Positions 1 through 12,245 are shown, numbered from the whole stretch's first letter. The stretch: 55,895 nucleotides of DNA, filler included, from Sphacelaria rigidula (GCA_964200075.2; 3 parts of 3 records of this genome joined end to end with filler, not necessarily neighbours in it); one strand, 5' to 3'. Notes: generated by a model not told the origin, from the sequence alone. A program made the numbers and translations.

Positions 1-169
1 CTCCCTACTTGTGCTGCATATACCACCCGGCCGCTGCTAGATGAATGCTACTTGTTGCTGGTGATGGTATCTGTACTCGTGTGTGCGGCAACCTAGCTGC
101 GATGGCCAACCTTTCTACTGGCAGCGGCACTGCAGCTGGGAAACAAGAACAGACACCGTACCGTTTTTC

Positions 170-2400
170 TGTACGTACGTCCCACATTGTCAGAATTCGT
201 AAACGCCTACGCAAACACCGCTTTCATACTGAACGCTACATATATGAGAATAGAACGTAAGGAAAGGAGTACAATAGACAAGAAGAGACAGCCAGGCTCG
301 TTTCCGGCGGCGGGGGGGCGCGCAGACAGAACAGAAACAGACAAGAAAACAAGAAACCACCAGGAACATAAGATGGAAAAATCAGAGATGGGAATCAAAC
401 ACAATGCTTCACGTATTTGGCGTAGGCTATGATGAGTTGCTGTTGGTATTGTCGGTCCCAGGTGCTGTCGGTGCACCTTGGCCTGCAGCTTTCTTGTGCC
501 GTAACGCTGCCTCTGCGTCGTCGTTTTGGCACAAGTCCGCCATGCACCTTTCTGCTCCCTGTTCAATATAGCTGTGCCACTCCACTGCATTCAAGGCTCT
601 GGTAGTCCACCCCTGCCATTCGATACCGAACGCCTTCATGTATTCCGCTAGGCAGCGGATCCAGCCCTTGAGCCTACCGTGGAACTCTTTTTCTTGTCCC
701 TTCACGGCTATAATTGAACCGAAAATGACATGTTTCGGTATCCGTCCGGGTGACATGCGCGTGACGCAACCGACGAAATGGAGTCTCCTCTTCCTCACCG
801 TCGTCTCGATGCTTTCGCACACTGTCCTCGCGCGGGTCTCTCGGTATGGCAGATCGTGGTCTGTGCGATTGAGCTTGTGCCATCCAAGACAGCACATGGG
901 CAACGCATGGTGGACCGTGGCGCAGTGTATTGTAGTGGCCGGTGAGAGGGGTCCATGTGACGCACCCGTGCAGGAGCGCTTCGACAGCCTCGGCTTCGAT
1001 CATGCGGACCTCGAGGTGGTCGGCCGCGTTCGGTCGATTATACAGTTGGACTTTCTGCTGGTGGTAGCTCGACCACGCCCCTTGTGCGCGCTTTTTAATT
1101 TCCACCGAGAGGTCGCCGCTCTCCTTAGCCGACCCCCCCAGGTATTCAAAGTTGTCTGTTTGTTCGTATATCTGGCCAGCTGCGTTGATGCCGAGGTGCC
1201 CCGCCTGTGAGTGCGGTGGCATGATCTTCGTCTTTGATTCCGACACGGTCAAGCCGAACTCTCCGTCGATCGTCACAATCACCGTCATTATCTTCTCGAG
1301 GCTCGATGATGTCCGCGAGACGATGCAGGCGTCATCGGCATACAGCATACTCCATAAGGACCGTTCCCCTACCGCCGCGATTGCTGTGGCCACGTCTGGC
1401 TCGACCCATGCTACCGCACTTTCCTGTTGGAAATCTCCCTTTTCGCGCTTTTGGACTCGCACCAGGTCCCCCGAGATGCCAGGGTCATCGCAAAAAGTTG
1501 CCAGGGCCACCGTGAGTTTTGCCGGGAAGAAAATGTTGAACAGCAGTGGTCCTAGGACGCACATTGTCGGAGGCCCTAGTCGATGTCGAACCATTTTGAG
1601 TATCTCCCGTCGTTCGTGCGCACCCGAGCTTGTATACCATCGTGGAATTGGGGGATGATCGAGAGCATGATGGGTGGGACGCCATAGCATTCCAGAACTT
1701 TCCCCAGCAATGAACAGGGGATTATATAAAATGAGGTTGATAAATGAAATGAGGTTTGAGGAGGCTAGCCAGTATGCGACAAAAACTCAAGGGAAGTACC
1801 GTCCGCAAGCGCCTTCGCTCATTTTCGGGAGGGGGGAACGTACCCATTCCTTGCTTGCCTCAGTCGTTTGACCACTGACCTTTCGGGACGAAGCAGGGGA
1901 TGCGTAGTCAATGGTCAAAGGACTAAGGCAAGCAACAAATGAGTACGCTCCCCCCTCCCGAAAATGAGCGAAGGCGCTTGCGGACGGTACTTCCCTCGGG
2001 TTTTGTCGCATACTGGCTAGCCTCCTCACACCTCATTTCATTGATCAACCTCATCTCATAGAATCCCCTGTTAATGGGCGATCGACAGAATCGTATGCTT
2101 TCGTGAGGTCGACAAAACACATGCAAAGCGGGATCTGTCGTCTCCGGCCAAGTTCCGGGAGTCGTCGGGCGGTGAACATCATGTCGACGGTTGAGCGCCC
2201 GGGGCGGCAGCCGCACTGCTTTTCAGGAAGAATTCCATTGCCCTCGCAGTAGGTGCATAGACGGGGGGCGAGTTTTTTTAGGAGCACCTTGCCGGCATGT
2301 GACACGAGCGAAATTCCTCAGTGGTTCCCGCATTCCGTCCGATCGCCCTTTTCGTGGAGTACGATGATGGTGGCATTCTTCCATTCTTGTGGCATACAGA
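170..2400 (-). mobile_element. 5'-truncated, degenerate non-LTR retrotransposon (RTE-like LINE), RT and C-terminal region, interrupted by a foldback element
   Basis: Minus-strand translations give LINE RT motifs: [95 protein letters not shown], then RRLHFVGCVTRM..RIPKHVIFG. Stop at 427; multiple frameshifts. Both ends are approximate. Confidence 0.9.
1713..2072. mobile_element. 360-bp foldback/MITE element with ~167-bp inverted arms and 4-bp TSD (AATG)
   Basis: 1713-1879 is the near reverse complement of 1907-2072 (termini AACAGGGGATT...AATCCCCTGTT). AATG flanks both sides (1709-1712, 2073-2076). Removing the element and one TSD copy restores the LINE frame DSVDRPLLGKVLECYGVPP. Confidence 0.9.
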
Positions 2401-2995
2401 TACCTTGTTGTATGCCGGAGCTCACAAAGATCCAACGAACATGAGTGAACATCTTGCGTACACACCAGCCCGAACGGCATCATGCAGTGACAATATCAGA
2501 TGGTTGCCGGATCTGCAATTTGAAGCTCGGACACAGAGATGGACACCGACTGCATTCCGGATTGGAGGAAGAACGCCTGAATCCAACGGGGTAGACTGTA
2601 CAGTCGGATGTCTTCCTCTGATCGTTGCCATTGCATCCACGAGACCACCACTCGAAATACCCAAAGATGTAAGACCGACGCACCATAACCCAAGCAACAC
2701 GTACCAAAAACGTTCACATTATCGTGAGCAGCAAAGGTCCACACGATACCGCCGCGGAACAATGGCAATGCCCCCCACAAATGGTGCTTCGCTTTAAGGC
2801 CGCGCCGACCATTCACCAAAGAGCAGATTGTTCACCTCGGTCCATTCCCACAGAAAAGGAGTTTCACGGGCTCTGAGTGATGATACATTACGGAAGGGTC
2901 ATAGACGTGGGGAAAAAATGAAGTCGGGTGGGGAAAAAAGTGATCGCACGCTGAACCGCGTCGTGTACACAGTAAAACGTCGACTATACCGTTGT

Positions 2996-3217
2996 TTATG
3001 TATCTTGGACGTGCCTTCGCTCCGGGAGTAAACCATTCAATATGTATTGTGCATGCCGGCCGTGCTGTATTGGAGTGTCAACATATATTGAGTCGAAGCG
3101 ATACGTGGCATATTGCTGCCATAATATATATTGAACGCAAACCATGGGGAAGTATTGTTTTTGCAATATATATTGCGCAAACTCATCGCACAGCTTTTGT
3201 GCAGCCAATACATCTTG
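2996..3217. repeat. Array of a 12-bp palindrome (consensus CAATATATATTG) at ~42-bp period
   Basis: Copies at 2996 (degenerate), 3038, 3079, 3122, 3164 (perfect) and 3206. Spacers are 29-31 bp and largely dissimilar. Confidence 0.75.
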
Positions 3218-3505
3218 AAGGCGCTTGCGGAGGAATATACTGAGCGAGACACTGATGACGAGATAGCCCCCCCCAAAAAAATGCAGCGGCGACCGTCCGA
3301 CAATGCGGCTGCGATCCCACTATTGGGCTCGTTTACAGCAATTTCGCCCACATAAGAGGCGTGGAGCGGTCCGAAACTAGCTAAATTGCCCAAATGGGCT
3401 GCGTCGTGCAGCACGGAACCAGCTCTAACGGCGTTGATGATCATCGCCCCCGTGCACGTTTTTGGCCGGTTCGATCAGGGGATATCTCGTTGGCAGTCGA
3501 GCGTA

Positions 3506-6500
3506 CGATCACGTGAACACTCCTCACCTCTCCGGACGATCACGTGGACACTCCTCACCTCTGCGGACGCACGGATTACGACCCTGCAGCCGGTGGTGCA
3601 TCCTCGCACAGGTGGGGGAGCAGAAAGCCGTTGGTATCGTGTTCGTATGAGCGACCCGTAGTTCCTGTCCCATGATCTGTTGGAGAGTTGCAGGCGACCA
3701 CTCGTGACCGGCAACATCATCGAAGTCGCAAGGCACCAGCACAACGCTTCACGGACACGACGTCAGGCCTTGGTCGATCGATTATTCTTCTCTCAGTACG
3801 TTTGTCGACCTATTCCGTCGATCGTCACTGTCTCCTGCCGTCGGCTCTTGGGCCTCTGTGCTGCTTCGTCAGTCATGCAATTGAAACAAGACGATCATGC
3901 ACTTGAAACAAAACAATCACGCGGGAAGTTCCGAGCCGCGCGGAAGAATGGTTGTGATCCAGACGATCACGCACCGCCGGCTGCGGTTGCGGACGAAGGA
4001 CCACGACGCAGGGCCACGACGCAGGGCCACGAAGCAGGCAAGGGGAATAATTGCATTGGTATGTCTGGTACCTCGCCTCCGAATGTGTCGGTATCTCACC
4101 GCCGTATCAAGGAGCTCGTCATGTATCTGTAGAAAGACGAAGATCCCTGCTGTCTCTCACGATCGTGGTGTGCCCCTCGAGCGTCCGCACATCATTCACC
4201 CCCCCCTTCATATCGGCGACTCCTGTCTGTAGCAGGAGTCGCTTTCTCGACACCCATCCCTTCCTCCGTCATGCCGCACTCCGTCTGCTTCGCTGAGTAG
4301 CCCACGCACCCTGACGGTCAGCGGGTACCCTGCAGCACGCGCTGCCCCGTCTGTACACGCACTGATCCACCGGCATCCAACGCGACACGGCTCGAGAGGT
4401 GTAACAGAAAATGATAAAAGCCAAGGTGGTGTTTGCGGGAGAGGATATCTCGTGAATAAAGAGCGTCAGAGAACGTATCCCGTGTAGGATTCGCCTTGAT
4501 CACACCGTCTCTGTCAGATCTCACATGTTCATGCTGAGCGCGTAGCGCTGCGTGGTGCAGCGTCTCAGTAAAGGACTTGTTCGAGATGGATAACAGCCAC
4601 CCGCCCTAGGCTTGCGAACTTGATCTACTCTGGGCCACCGTACCCGCCCCCTGGGGTGTAGAAAACGGGTACCGAGAGGAGTAGCGGGCGGGAATTGTCG
4701 CACACAGTGGATGCCGATCACACCACCGCAAGTAGAACAAGGTCGCGTGTAGTAGACGCGAGCCCGAACTTCCAAGTTGGCAGACTCGTCGAGTCGACCG
4801 CTGACTCTCGTATGAATGTCGCGCCAGAACCCCATCATGTTGGAAACAGCCTCGAGTAATGGTACCAGACCTAGTTGTTCACGAAGAAAACGTTCGTGAC
4901 CCCGCCAGCGCCACCGTGTGCCGCCCGCTGTGGGCTGTGCAGTGCATCCCACTGTTTGTTTCTCCTCCTTTTCGGCAGATGGGAAAACGAGAGACCGGCA
5001 CAGCGAGAACGCGATCACGTGGACACTCCTCACCTCTGCGGACGCACGGATTACGACCCTGCAGCCGGTGGTGCATCCTCGCACAGGTGGGGGAGCAGAA
5101 AGCCGTTGGCATCGTGTTCGTATGAGCGACCCGTAGTTCCTGTCCCATGATCTGTTGGAGAGTTGCAGGCGACCACTCGTGACCGGCAACATCATCGAAG
5201 TCGCAAGGCACCAGCACAACGCTTCACGGACACGACGTCAGACCTCGGGTGATCGGTACAGGGAATGCGTTGGGCATCAATCCAGCCGTCGTAGATAGAA
5301 TGACGGAGAGAGGCCAGTGTGTTTTGCAAGAACATATATCGATGGCTGTACGCAGCCCTTATCGCCCAGCGATTCCTGCTTGGTAGCCATTCCAGTATAC
5401 GTACGGGTACGTTCCCATGGTCGCTCGGTGCGTTGATGCACAAGGGCTGCGCAGGATCGTCCGTGGACCCCAGCGTTACGAGCATACCATACATCCACAA
5501 GTAGAAACGGGCAGGCGCAGAAATTATCTGCTCCCAGTCGACTACGTGTATATCGCTTGTTGAAATCGGAATGTGGGCTTGCTGTGCTCTACCCATTGCC
5601 TACTCGGCGAGAGAATCGAGTGACTGAGTGGTGAGGTCCGAACGCAAACGGGAAGATGTCTTTGCATGCAGAAAGCAACGCATTCACACCACCATGATCA
5701 TACTCGTTGATTGTTCCGTTTGTGTATCGACGGCTGTTGCGACCAGTGGACCGTGATACTTGGTCGCGATTTCAGGACGCCATGTCTCCGCCCTCGCATG
5801 TCCGCGGGGTCGTCGAGTGAGTGAAGTGTGCTGCAGATGGCTAAAGGCTTTCCGAAACGTGCGCTGTCGAAACCGTCAGATGCCGTTAAAGCTGGGACAT
5901 ATCGCCATCGGACGGCGGCGTAGGAAGAAGTGGTGTATCGTCCATCGATTTCGAAATAGTTGACTCGCGGCGCGAATGGACATTGCAAGGTAACCGGTAT
6001 ATCACTGTCGGACTGTGTTGTTTTTCGTGTCCTGTGCTTTGTCGGCGTCTTACGTCCGACGCGAAATGACCAAGACATGTGCATCGACTGCACGACTTCT
6101 GCTAGATGTATGAGTGTTGCAAGAGCTGCCCGCCATACTGTAGGCAGTACCTGCTGTGGAAATTGCAACATCGATGCCGTACATCCGGAGCTCGCCGAAT
6201 CGGCGTTCGTTGTGATTTTCAAATCGTCCCCGTTGCAAATCTCGTGAACACCATGCCCAAGACCTGATCTGCTCGCGTAGCTCGACTATGTTGATCGATC
6301 GGAGGGGTGAAATGTTTGATGTGACTGTTATTCCAGTACGGTTGGTCACCTGCTCCACCGATCGTCACTGTCTCCTACCGTCGGGTGTCGTGCCTCTGTG
6401 CTACTGCCTCAGTCATGTAATTGCAACAAAACACTCACGCAGCAGATATGGAAACCACGCGCAAGTATAGCTGCGATCATGACGAGTGCGCACCGTCCGC

Positions 6501-8089
6501 TGGTGCTGCGGACGGAGGGCCACGACAGAGAGCCACGACGCAGGCAAGGGAAATGATTGCAGTAATGTGCCTGGTACCACGCGTACGAATGCGTAGTTAC
6601 CGTCACTCACCGGAAGGTGGGGATACTGTTGGTTTTTCACCTCCGTATCAAGAAGCTCCTACTTCATCTGTCGATTATTTTTCCGCGCGAAATTCGCCGA
6701 CCATCTTGAGGTGCAGATATGGCGGATCTGATGCCGACACATTGAAGAGCTAGGTGTATGAGGTCAGGAACGAGTATGGGTACCCCATGCTGGTGACCTA
6801 CTTCATGATGAAATCTTCACGACGTCGTAATTTTCACGTTTTCTACGCGCCGATGATCGCATGGCACATGATGCTCCAACTCGCCCATCGCGCCTCCGAG
6901 AAACGAGGCATTGCTGGGAATGGTGCCGTTGTTGTAGACAAGCAATGAAGCCGCACCGGTAGCATAGATCTGACAGTTGCGGCAATCGGACGGATCGAAA
7001 TGGGTTTCGATCTCACACTGAACATGATCATGACCGTGTGATACACCTCATGATTAGTAGTCCGCCTCAAGCGCGGCTTGCGTGCATCCTGGAAGGGAGA
7101 AAATGCAAACCAATATCCGTCACAATGGTCAAACATCGCCAGCAGCTCGGACAACCCCACAAACTAACTACGACGCCGGATTTGCAGATAAATAAACGCA
7201 GCACTGGATAGATATCCCCAGTGTTACCAAACAATATCGCACCACACGACAGGCGGTGTGCCGAAAACGAGAAAGACGAAATGCCCTCATTCGTGTGTCC
7301 TTTTCTCGTCGAGAAGAGGTGGATTCCCCCTGTCTCTCACGATTGTTGCCCTTCCCCTTGGGTATCCGCACATTATTCGTACACCCCCTTCGTAACGACG
7401 AACTCCGTCTCAACAAGAGCTGCTTCCTCGAGACCCATCCCCTGCCCTGTCGTGCCGCACTCAGCCTGTTCCCAGGCATCATGTACGTCGACCCCGTATT
7501 AGAATCCAGCCCGCTTTGCCGCTGACCCGCGTCGGCCGGGTTCTCCTCCTGTGTCCCCTGGTATGCCCAACGTACCTCAAACTCGAGACGACTACCAACT
7601 AGTCCGGTCCCATGCCAGCACGTAATCGAACACCTGTATCATCGCTGAGTAGTCCACGCGCCCTGACGGCCAGCAGGTACCCTACAGTACGCGCTGACCC
7701 GTCTGCACACGCAATGATCCACTGGCGTCTGACGCGACACGGCTCGAGAGGTGTAACAGAAAAATAAAATGCCAAGGCGATGTTTGCGGGAGAAAATATC
7801 TCGTGAATAAAGAGCGGCAGAGAAAGCATCCCGTGTAGGTTTCCCCTTGAACACACCGTCTCTATCAGAACTCATATGTGCATGCTGAGCGCGTGGGACT
7901 GCGTGGTGTAGCGTCTCAGGAAGAGGGGTTCTTTGAGATTGATAATGGCCACCCGCCCTAGGCTTGCGAACTTGGGCTGCTATTGGCTACCGTAGCCGCC
8001 CCCTGGGGTGTGGAAAAGCGGTACAGCAAGGAGTAAAGGGCGATAATTGTCGCACACGGTGGATGCCCATCACACCACCGCAAGTAGAA
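3506..8089 (+). repeat. Mosaic of direct repeats of unknown origin, probably a large decayed element
   Basis: 3537-3766 is nearly identical to 5012-5241; 4291-4737 resembles 7643-8089 (447 bp, diverged); ~3819-4110 resembles ~6359-6660; ~4130-4290 resembles ~7270-7470. Confidence 0.8.
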
Positions 8090-8187
8090 TTATCTTGGGC
8101 ATTTTCTCATGTCATGTTGCTTTCTTGTGACAGAAACATTGTGGCAAAAGGGTTTGAGCTTTAGAAACACAAAACTTTGGTTCCAAC

Positions 8188-9064
8188 AAGAGTTGTGCTC
8201 CGCTCCGTCCGCTCCGTTTGAAAAATAAATCCGCGGATTTTCCTCTTTTATTTTTGGATATTACGATGGAACCTGCTCTGACCATCAACGAAACCCCGCT
8301 CAAGGGGTGGGCGCTAAGTGCGCGCAAGTATACCCACTCATTGCGCATGTCGCTCGGAACGCCCTGACTGCTGCGGCATCGTCAGGTCTCTCAGAGCGAG
8401 TATCCTCGCAGAGTGGGCATATTTTGACGCAACGAAGGAATGAACTCAAGCCGGAACGGCTTGAGCAGCCGATGTTTCTAAAAGACTCTTGGGCGACGGT
8501 CGAGAAGTTTACTCGATCGGCCCTCAGTTGAAAATAATGCGACAGAGTCGTTGCCACCGGTACGTGGTCGTGAGATCGTGAATTGTATTGTCGCGGGAAG
8601 AGATGGAGCAGCCGATGCGTCTGGTCGTGACTAAGATTACACGCGTGCTGTGGTTTGTAGTGGTTTTTCGACAGTTGGATATCGTGGTCGGACTTGGTTT
8701 TTCCGGTTTGCTGTGGAAAAGGCGCTCATCCTTGCACATCACTGGCACAATGTGGGGATAACGGCGACCATCTTTTTCACTTCAATCTTCGTTTGAATTG
8801 TGCATCTGACTCGTGATACGTGATCCAAGGCTTCACTACCCCTTTTAGACATGCGCAACGTGCCTGTGGGGAGAGTTGAAAAGTATCCATCACTCGTTTA
8901 CCTCAAAACCCGTCTTCCAATCACACATCCGGATATTCGGATATATATATCCGGATGTATATCCGGATATCCGGATATCCACCACTTCTTATACTCCGCG
9001 GATTGATCCAGATAAGGTTGCCGGAAATCCGAAATCCGCTCCGTTCAAACGGAGCACATCTCCA
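8188..9064 (+). mobile_element. Non-autonomous hAT DNA transposon (internal deletion derivative)
   Basis: TIRs AAGAGTTGTGCTCCG / CGGAGCACATCTCCA; 8-bp TSD GTTCCAAC (8180-8187) / GTTCCAGC (9065-9072); subterminal ATCCGGAT/CTCCG motif clusters; internal hAT dimerization-domain remnant. Confidence 0.88.
8307..8531 (+). pseudogene. hAT transposase C-terminal dimerization domain remnant
   Basis: YPLIAHVARNALTAAASSGLSERVSSQSGHILTQRRNELKPERLEQPMFLK matches the hAT dimerization pattern YP.LA..AR..L..PASS..SER.FS..G.I.T.RRN.L.P..LE.L.FL. Confidence 0.85.
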
Positions 9065-10562
9065 GTTCCAGCGCATTCGTACAATATCATAGATAGTGGG
9101 GTGTGTTACACTGAACACAAGACAGGAGTGCGATAGTGTTTCAAATTGAACTTCGTTTTAAAAGTCAAACAGTGTTGCAGCAGGACGCATGAGTATTCAC
9201 AAGTACAGGCCGTGGATTTTTCTAACATTGCGGCATTACAAGTATAGGCTGTGATTCGCAAACACGGTACAACTGTAGCCTATACTTGTCACCCTGTACT
9301 ACTGCATGTCCGAGTCCAGGCTGTACTCTACAAGCACAGACAGTACAGTAGTGCAAGGTTGGATTTTGCGAGCAGTACGAGTTTACGAGTATAGGCTGTG
9401 CTTCGCAAACACGGCACAACTGTAGTGCAAGGTTACAAGTATGGGTTGTCCTCGCGAGCACAGTAGGTTGCTGTGCTTTGCAAATACAACAGTACAGTAC
9501 AGTACAGCGATACAGTGCAGTACAGTACTGTCAGAACCACAACTGGCTTGTGGTGTCCTCGCAGGTTCACGGGCTGGGGTGTTCAGAGTTCTCGCTTGTG
9601 TTGCGGCTTGCTGATCGTGGTCAAGAGGTGTCGAGTGGGTGTCCCAAAACGATTTTGTCTCGTTGAGGTTTTGTTATACTGCTTAGAGTGTACTCTGGTC
9701 TTGGACTTGCTGCTGGTGTGGCTCTCGGAAGACTGATCCCGATGGGCCAGTAGCACACGCTCAAATCCCCCTTGAACCCCTGTCTACATTCACATATCCA
9801 TGGTGCTCATTCTCCTCGCAAATAGCAAACCTTCAGTCCCGCATATTCCTACGGTCAACTGCAACTTCCTGTTGTTGGCTGAACCTACTTGTATCGAACT
9901 GCACATCTATCTGAGATATATCACCATGCCAGCTTTCCTCAAAAGCGAGCACTGCATGCGGGATCCTTCTTTATTCGTATATCGTACACCTGCTAAAGCT
10001 ATATACGTCGGTGCATACTTCAACACAATATCCTTACAAGTATATTATACCAATAATTGCTCTGCGTAATGGTAGCTGAAATCCAGGCCAAGTTTGTGCT
10101 CACGATATAAGACCATCCTGTGAACAAGGTATGGACCCATGTACCAGGTGAGTACCTGTGAACAAACACCCGAATACAGGTACGTGAGAGAGCAAACTGC
10201 CCCTGCGCAGAAACCAACACATCAGCCGTCACCCTGGACGACGTCATGTCTCAAAAAAAGACAACAATCAAACGACACTGAGACAGCCATTCCTCGATCA
10301 CCTTCCCATGATCGAACCCTTGTCAGTCCCCGGCATCCCTTGAACCAGAACGGAATGTCTTCATGTCACGTAGAAAACAAAACGGGCGACAAGAACAAAG
10401 AACAAGCTAACAAACGCGAACAAACCACCCGAAAGAGTCTGATCGTCCATATACCTACGATGCCCTGGCGTTGTTCAAACCCAAAACCAAAAGACAACAA
10501 CACAAGCATTGTATCCGAGCACGACAAAAAAAACAAAAAAATCCAGTAAACCGTTTCATTAT

Positions 10563-10582
10563 AAAAATAATAATAATTATAA

Positions 10583-10621
<39 letters not shown>

Positions 10622-10664
10622 TATAATAATAATAATAATTATTATTATTATTATTATTATTATT

Positions 10665-10709
<45 letters not shown>

Positions 10710-10896
10710 ATAAATATATTTATAATCATAATTATAATAATATATTATTACTATTATTATTACTATCATTTCTATTTCTATTACTTTTACTTTTACTATT
10801 ACTATCACTGTTATTACCATAATTACTATTATTACTCTTACTATTATTACTGTTATTATTACTATTATTATTACTATTATTATAATTATAATTATA

Positions 10897-10958
<62 letters not shown>
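10563..10958. repeat. Compound trinucleotide microsatellite (AAT)n-(TTA)n-(TTG)n-degenerate (TAY)n-(TTA)n
   Basis: Directly visible. Confidence 0.97.
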
Positions 10959-10959
<1 letters not shown>

Positions 10960-11365
10960 GTGAATCACACTTATGAGAACCCAACATACCTTATAGTTCT
11001 GTCCAAGAACCTTTTATTGGTTCTATTCATGGGAACGTTCTAGCACTGAGGAAGATTCCTGAGACGTCCGCTAGATCTTTGGAGGATGGTCTATTTGTCT
11101 CGGAATATCGGGACAATATCAGACCGAATATGCCCAAGATTCACAGAACGTTGTACACACCCAACCCAAGGCGATCTACACGTTGAACTGAACTCTAGGC
11201 CAATGTCTATCGTATGAAGAGTCACAGAACGTTGTCCACACGAAACCCAAGGCGATCTACACGTTGAACTGAACTCTAGGCCAATGTCTGTCGGTACATG
11301 GTCCTTTGATCCATGTCCTGCTGTCTGAGATGAGCTGCATGGAGAGATTGCACCACATATCCACC
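10959..11365 (+). repeat. Left LTR copy, 3'-truncated, with an internal 81-bp tandem duplication
   Basis: Matches 18020-~18345. The unit TCACAGAACGTTG...GGCCAATGTCT occurs twice (11141, 11222) versus once in the 3' LTR. Confidence 0.88.
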
Positions 11366-12245
11366 ACTCAACATCTCGTATATTTTTATATACGCAAGAC
11401 CCTAGCACGATCTACAAGAAGGATGTTGATTCACCTCAAGGTGTAATGGGGGTAGATTGTATCTCAATTGACATCAAGTGGCAACATAATGTTTTTCGAC
11501 AATTTATTTTCACATTTTTTCTCGTAAAATACATGTCAATATTGCACGTTTTCACCTATGTATTTTGTCCCATTTTATATGCAAACAGCACACAACAATG
11601 CACTGAACCTGTCAGCCATGATTGTCCACACCGAATAATATTATTATGAAGTGATTAACAGTTCCATAGATAACATAATTGTCTGGCCACAATGTTATCT
11701 CGTTGCTCATGAACAAGGCACTACAGGATCGAAAATAAGCATTTTTTCTTCATATTTTTATGCTCATTTCATTTTATTTTGTCCAAAAGACAAAAATTTC
11801 AACCCTGCAGGTCGCCGTTTTACACGCACTGTCTGGATATATTCAGTCTATGATTGAGTCTCTTACCAATGATCGATATAGACTGAGTGATATTCTCAAA
11901 TCGTGTTAACTGCGAAGAAATTAAGCCTGCCTGTCAAAATCACTTCAAATTTATTGATCCTGAAGTACTATTTTGCAAATTCAAAATAAATACAAATGTC
12001 TGTCCGGTACTTATGCGTTCGAATATTTGTTTGCATACATGTCTGTCATTCTGTGAATATTACGCTCAAGTGTAAAAGTAAACACTTTAAAAGTATTTAT
12101 ATATCTATCAATAAATGTTGAACCATATCATCATCTGGGATTATTTAATATTTTCATTTTTGACGGAGTGAGAGCTCTAACACCGTCACAACTAGGGGGG
12201 TAATGTGAATCACACTTATGAGAACCCAACATACCTTATAGTTAT

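Noticed and set aside
2996-3217. Calling the palindrome array a CRISPR
   Set aside because: The 12-bp repeat is far shorter than CRISPR repeats, the copies are degenerate, no cas genes are present and the context is eukaryotic. Kept only as an unexplained phased array.
9540-10550. Possible retroelement fragment on the minus strand
   Set aside because: No diagnostic RT, integrase or endonuclease motif found in the frames inspected.
10455-10976. Poly-I/V/Y/N ORFs
   Set aside because: Translations of the trinucleotide microsatellite.
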